A stretch of DNA of 32,000 nt from Acaryochloris marina S15 (GTDB lineage Bacteria; Cyanobacteriota; Cyanobacteriia; Thermosynechococcales; Thermosynechococcaceae), in contig NZ_CP064923.1 of NCBI RefSeq assembly GCF_018336915.1, positions 1,980,001 through 2,012,000 on the forward strand, in the 5' to 3' direction. The position numbers and the translations under genes are program-made. The notes below the pieces were generated by a model that saw nothing but the letters and a program-made list of their open reading frames with translations, was not told the DNA's origin and searched no databases. Shown here in pieces: positions 29,050 through 32,000 of the stretch. Each line of letters starts with the position of its first letter. The first letter of the stretch is position 1.

Positions 29050-30360
29050 ATGTCTATCCAATCAGTCCTTGCTCCTCAAACTTGGCCCTTTCCAGCTAGC
29101 GATTTGCCCCAATCTGCCTGTTTAGTGGGGGGATGTGTTCGGGATGCGTTACTGAATCGACAGACTGCCTATTTAGATTTGGATTTTGTCTTACCTGAGT
29201 CTGCGGTAGAAACGGCTCATAGGGTTTCTCAAAGTTGCAATGCGGGGTTTGTGCTTCTCGATGCCGAGCGAGATATTGCTCGGGTGGTTTTCCCGGATGC
29301 AACTGCAGATTTTGCGCTGCAGGTGGGAGATTCCTTAGAAGAGGACTTGCAGCGACGGGACTATACGATTAATGCGATCGCATATCATCCCTTTTCCGAT
29401 ACGGTAATTGATCCCTTAGGAGGACAGCAGGATCTCGAAGCTGGTGTTCTCCGCATGATCGCAGCCAAAAACTTGGGAGAGGATCCCCTGCGATTGCTTC
29501 GGGCTTATCGGCAAGCAGCCCAATTGGGATTTACCATCGAGTCCCAGACTCAAACCCACATTTGCCAACTGACTCCAAAATTAAAGGGTATCGCTGCCGA
29601 GCGGATCAAAGTGGAGCTGAGCTATCTGCTGAGCGATTCTAAGGCGTCACCTTGGGTTCACCAGCTTTGGCAAGATGGTTTGTTAAGTACATCGTTTCCC
29701 CAGGCCTCAGCCACGAGCCTTGCTTTATTACCTGTCATCGATGAGTCTGCTAAACTCCTCCAAACATATGTCCCGGACTTAGCAACTGCCTTGTCTCAAG
29801 AACTCAATGAACGGGCCCAAGGAAAAGAAGCTGCCCAACGCACCCTCCTGTCCACTACCAAATGGGTATCACTCCTATCTGACCATCCAGCTCAGGCAGA
29901 AACAAACCTGAAACAAATGAAGTTCAGCCGAGGAGAAATCAATGTGATTACTCGGGTGTTGAATGGTTGGCCCCGTTTAAAACAGCTTCTGCAGCAGGAA
30001 CACTGCCTTCGTGCTGATCAGTTTTATCTATTCCAAGACGCGGGTGCCGCGTTCCCCGCCGTTGTGATGGTGGCTTTAGCGGCTGAACTGATGCAGCAAC
30101 CCTTACAAGGGGCTGAGACTCCTGCTTGTCTGCAAGCCTTAAAGCCTTGGATTGCAGAATATCTCAATCCCCTTAGCCCTTTAGCCCACCCTCAACCGCT
30201 GTTATCGGGGTCAGCCTTGATGAAGTCCCTGAGCTTATCGCCGGGGCCAGAAGTGGGGCGTTTGCTCTCACAACTGGCCCTAGCTCAAGCAGAAGGTAGC
30301 ATCACCACATCAGAAGAAGCATTGAAGTTGGCCCAAACCCTAGTTAGCTCGCCTTCTTAA
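29050..30360 (+). CDS. cca: tRNA nucleotidyltransferase (CCA-adding enzyme / poly(A) polymerase family)
   Basis: 436 aa. Head-domain motifs LVGGCVRDALLNR, DLDFVL, RRDYTINAIAY, DPLRLLRAYRQAAQLGF. Confidence 0.85.
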   Translation: MSIQSVLAPQTWPFPASDLPQSACLVGGCVRDALLNRQTAYLDLDFVLPESAVETAHRVSQSCNAGFVLLDAERDIARVVFPDATADFALQVGDSLEEDLQRRDYTINAIAYHPFSDTVIDPLGGQQDLEAGVLRMIAAKNLGEDPLRLLRAYRQAAQLGFTIESQTQTHICQLTPKLKGIAAERIKVELSYLLSDSKASPWVHQLWQDGLLSTSFPQASATSLALLPVIDESAKLLQTYVPDLATALSQELNERAQGKEAAQRTLLSTTKWVSLLSDHPAQAETNLKQMKFSRGEINVITRVLNGWPRLKQLLQQEHCLRADQFYLFQDAGAAFPAVVMVALAAELMQQPLQGAETPACLQALKPWIAEYLNPLSPLAHPQPLLSGSALMKSLSLSPGPEVGRLLSQLALAQAEGSITTSEEALKLAQTLVSSPS

Positions 30361-31441
30361 ATGGCTGAGAACGGTTGGCCGCTACCCAAACAACAATAAA
30401 ACCAAGCACAACGGAGAGTAGGCTTAACCCCATTACGCCTAAGAGGGCAAAGCCTTGACCATATCCATAGCGGCTAATTTGGCCTGCCGGTAGCATCCAA
30501 TTAGGGCTGTAAATGGCTAGCCAGCCGATTCCTAAGAGGGTCATGCCCCAAACAAGTCCAAACCCCAAGGACCAGGGCCATGCTTGTAGACGAGCAGGCT
30601 TTGGGGATGTCAGTTGCTTTCCCTTTGTGTGTCCCAAGCGCCAGCCTAAGCCTAAGCCTCCCAACCAAACTAAGCCCAGTAATACTTGAGAGCCGTATTT
30701 GACGGGATAATAGGCCCATCCTACGGGGGCCTGTATTGTGAGTGCGATCGCATTACCCGGCAGCTCAGTAAACTGACCCGTCAAAACATCCCCTTTTCTC
30801 GTGAACTCAGGTGTTGTCGCAACTTGCCACTTCGGGGGTAGGTAAATGGTGACATCTAATCCGCCAAAGGCTGACCAGGCTTTCGCAGGGGCAAGGACGT
30901 AAGCAAATTGGTGATAAATCGTGGGTTTGCCTAACAAATGGGTGGCGGTTTGGGCTGAATACTGAACCTTGAGGTTCTGCTTCCTGGGAGGAATCGTGAC
31001 GCTTAAGGCCATTGGGGTGACCTGAGTAGAATGGCGCAGATAATCTAAGGGCTGGTGATCAATTCCTGGCGTGTACTCTGGTGCTTCCCAATTTTGAGGT
31101 AATGGAGCATTAGGGGCAGGCTGACTGGTAATGACTTGATCGTTTAGCCAGACCTGAAAGTTTTCAGTGCCTAATGTTCCTAGGGCAAACAGTAAGTCGA
31201 GCTGTTTCTCGTCCCCTTCATTCTGGAGATGATAGACCGCTTCTACCTGGGCTAAGTCTTTTTGGGCGATGGGGCGGAGGTCGATGGTCAGGGTTTCACG
31301 GGTGATTTCGATGTCTTCAATACCAATCGGTTCGGCAGTGACCTGCCCTCCATAGGAGGGGGGGCCTAGATTGGCCCAAGCGATTGGCATGAGCATTCCT
31401 GCGACTATCATCCATCCAAACCATCGCCATACCCTCATCAT
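30344..31441 (-). CDS. hypothetical secreted/membrane protein (signal peptide, beta-rich ectodomain, C-terminal W/G-rich TM helices)
   Basis: The track starts at TTG 31450; ATG 31441/31438 gives MMRVWRWFGWMIVAGMLMPIAWA, a signal-peptide-like N-terminus. The C-terminal region has 3-4 hydrophobic segments (LLGLVWLGGLGLGW, WSLGFGLVWGMTLLGIGWLAIY, FALLGVMGLSLLSVVLGFIVVWVAA). I recognise no family. Its 3' end overlaps cca by 17 nt. Confidence 0.6.
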   Translation of the reverse strand: MMRVWRWFGWMIVAGMLMPIAWANLGPPSYGGQVTAEPIGIEDIEITRETLTIDLRPIAQKDLAQVEAVYHLQNEGDEKQLDLLFALGTLGTENFQVWLNDQVITSQPAPNAPLPQNWEAPEYTPGIDHQPLDYLRHSTQVTPMALSVTIPPRKQNLKVQYSAQTATHLLGKPTIYHQFAYVLAPAKAWSAFGGLDVTIYLPPKWQVATTPEFTRKGDVLTGQFTELPGNAIALTIQAPVGWAYYPVKYGSQVLLGLVWLGGLGLGWRLGHTKGKQLTSPKPARLQAWPWSLGFGLVWGMTLLGIGWLAIYSPNWMLPAGQISRYGYGQGFALLGVMGLSLLSVVLGFIVVWVAANRSQPFKKAS

Positions 31442-31607
31442 CACTTGCAACCTTACTGAACATCCAACCTTCTCAGGCTACTAAAACGAGTGCCTCTGTA
31501 GCCTAGATTCAGTAGTAAATCTTTATGAGTTATTGGAATTTAAGACTTTACTGGAGGATAGGTTTAAGTGTGCCAGAGGTGATTCAAAGATTCTTGGAAG
31601 TTGGAAG

Positions 31608-31635
31608 AAAAATTTTGCTCTAGCAGAATTTTTTT
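31608..31635. terminator. orphan AT-rich terminator-like hairpin
   Basis: AAAAATTTTGC (31608-31618), loop TCTA, then GCAGAATTTTT (31623-31633). This gives 11 bp with one G-T pair, and T's continue to 31635. The A run on the left and T run on the right give a bidirectional appearance. No annotated gene ends here. Confidence 0.3.
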
Positions 31636-32000
31636 AAAGATATAGGGAACAATATGGTTTGGGAATAGCTCTGGTTAATTGAATTGATTGACCAATATAT
31701 TGTCAGCAACTGAAATAGGTGATTGAGTATTTTTGATTGATGACCCTATTGACTATCCCAGAAATCTCTACTTCTTTCTGCATCAGCCTTGGTGGTGTCT
31801 TTAGTAGATGTGAGAAGTTTAGGGTTTTAAGAAAAGCAATCTATTGAATTAGGGATAAATAAGAAACGGATGAATATACTAGGTATTGGAATCATATTAT
31901 TAGTCTATACATTAGTAATCCTACTGTTTATCACTAATGCGAATAAAGTTGCCGTGTATATTAACAATACATTTAATAAAAAAAGCAAGAAAAGAATCAC

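Noticed and set aside
28928-29125. A 65-aa plus-strand ORF starting inside the tRNA-Leu gene and running into cca.
   Set aside because: It begins within the tRNA variable arm and T arm and overlaps the cca start out of frame. It is an artefact.

Overview
This is a cyanobacterial chromosomal segment. I found at least 12 HIP1 palindromes (GCGATCGC) by eye, where fewer than 1 is expected for a random 8-mer in 32 kb. I call 18 protein-coding genes and one tRNA. I recognised no transposase, phage gene, CRISPR array or rRNA. All family calls rest on motif recognition from the translated ORFs; no database search was possible. An 11.5-kb gene (1356-12833) dominates the window. It encodes a single ~3,825-aa signalling protein with this order of domains: Ser/Thr-kinase-like domain, STAND/AAA_16 NTPase, helical repeats, 2 GAF, 13 PAS, histidine-kinase core, receiver. 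It is translationally coupled through an 11-nt overlap to a second REC-PAS-HK gene (12823-14469). This two-gene module sits exactly between ureB (789-1094) and ureC (14594-16303), all on the same strand. The PAS array is built from exact in-frame tandem units: 2 x 405 nt, 3 x 357 nt and 2 x 765 nt. The remaining content, in order: arsH; an AT-rich orphan ORF; a translationally coupled soluble plus membrane-anchored YbjQ (UPF0145) pair; a VWA/MIDAS protein with an unrecognised tandemly duplicated C-terminal domain; a membrane GGDEF-EAL protein; an MMADHC-like protein; an ABC exporter; ldhA; pgm; paiB; tRNA-Leu(CAA) with a near-consensus promoter; cca; and a secreted or membrane protein of unknown function. 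The leads most worth following are the giant modular sensor and its partner kinase inside the urease genes, the duplicated domain on the VWA protein, the YbjQ pair, and a few regulatory-looking hairpins and inverted repeats.
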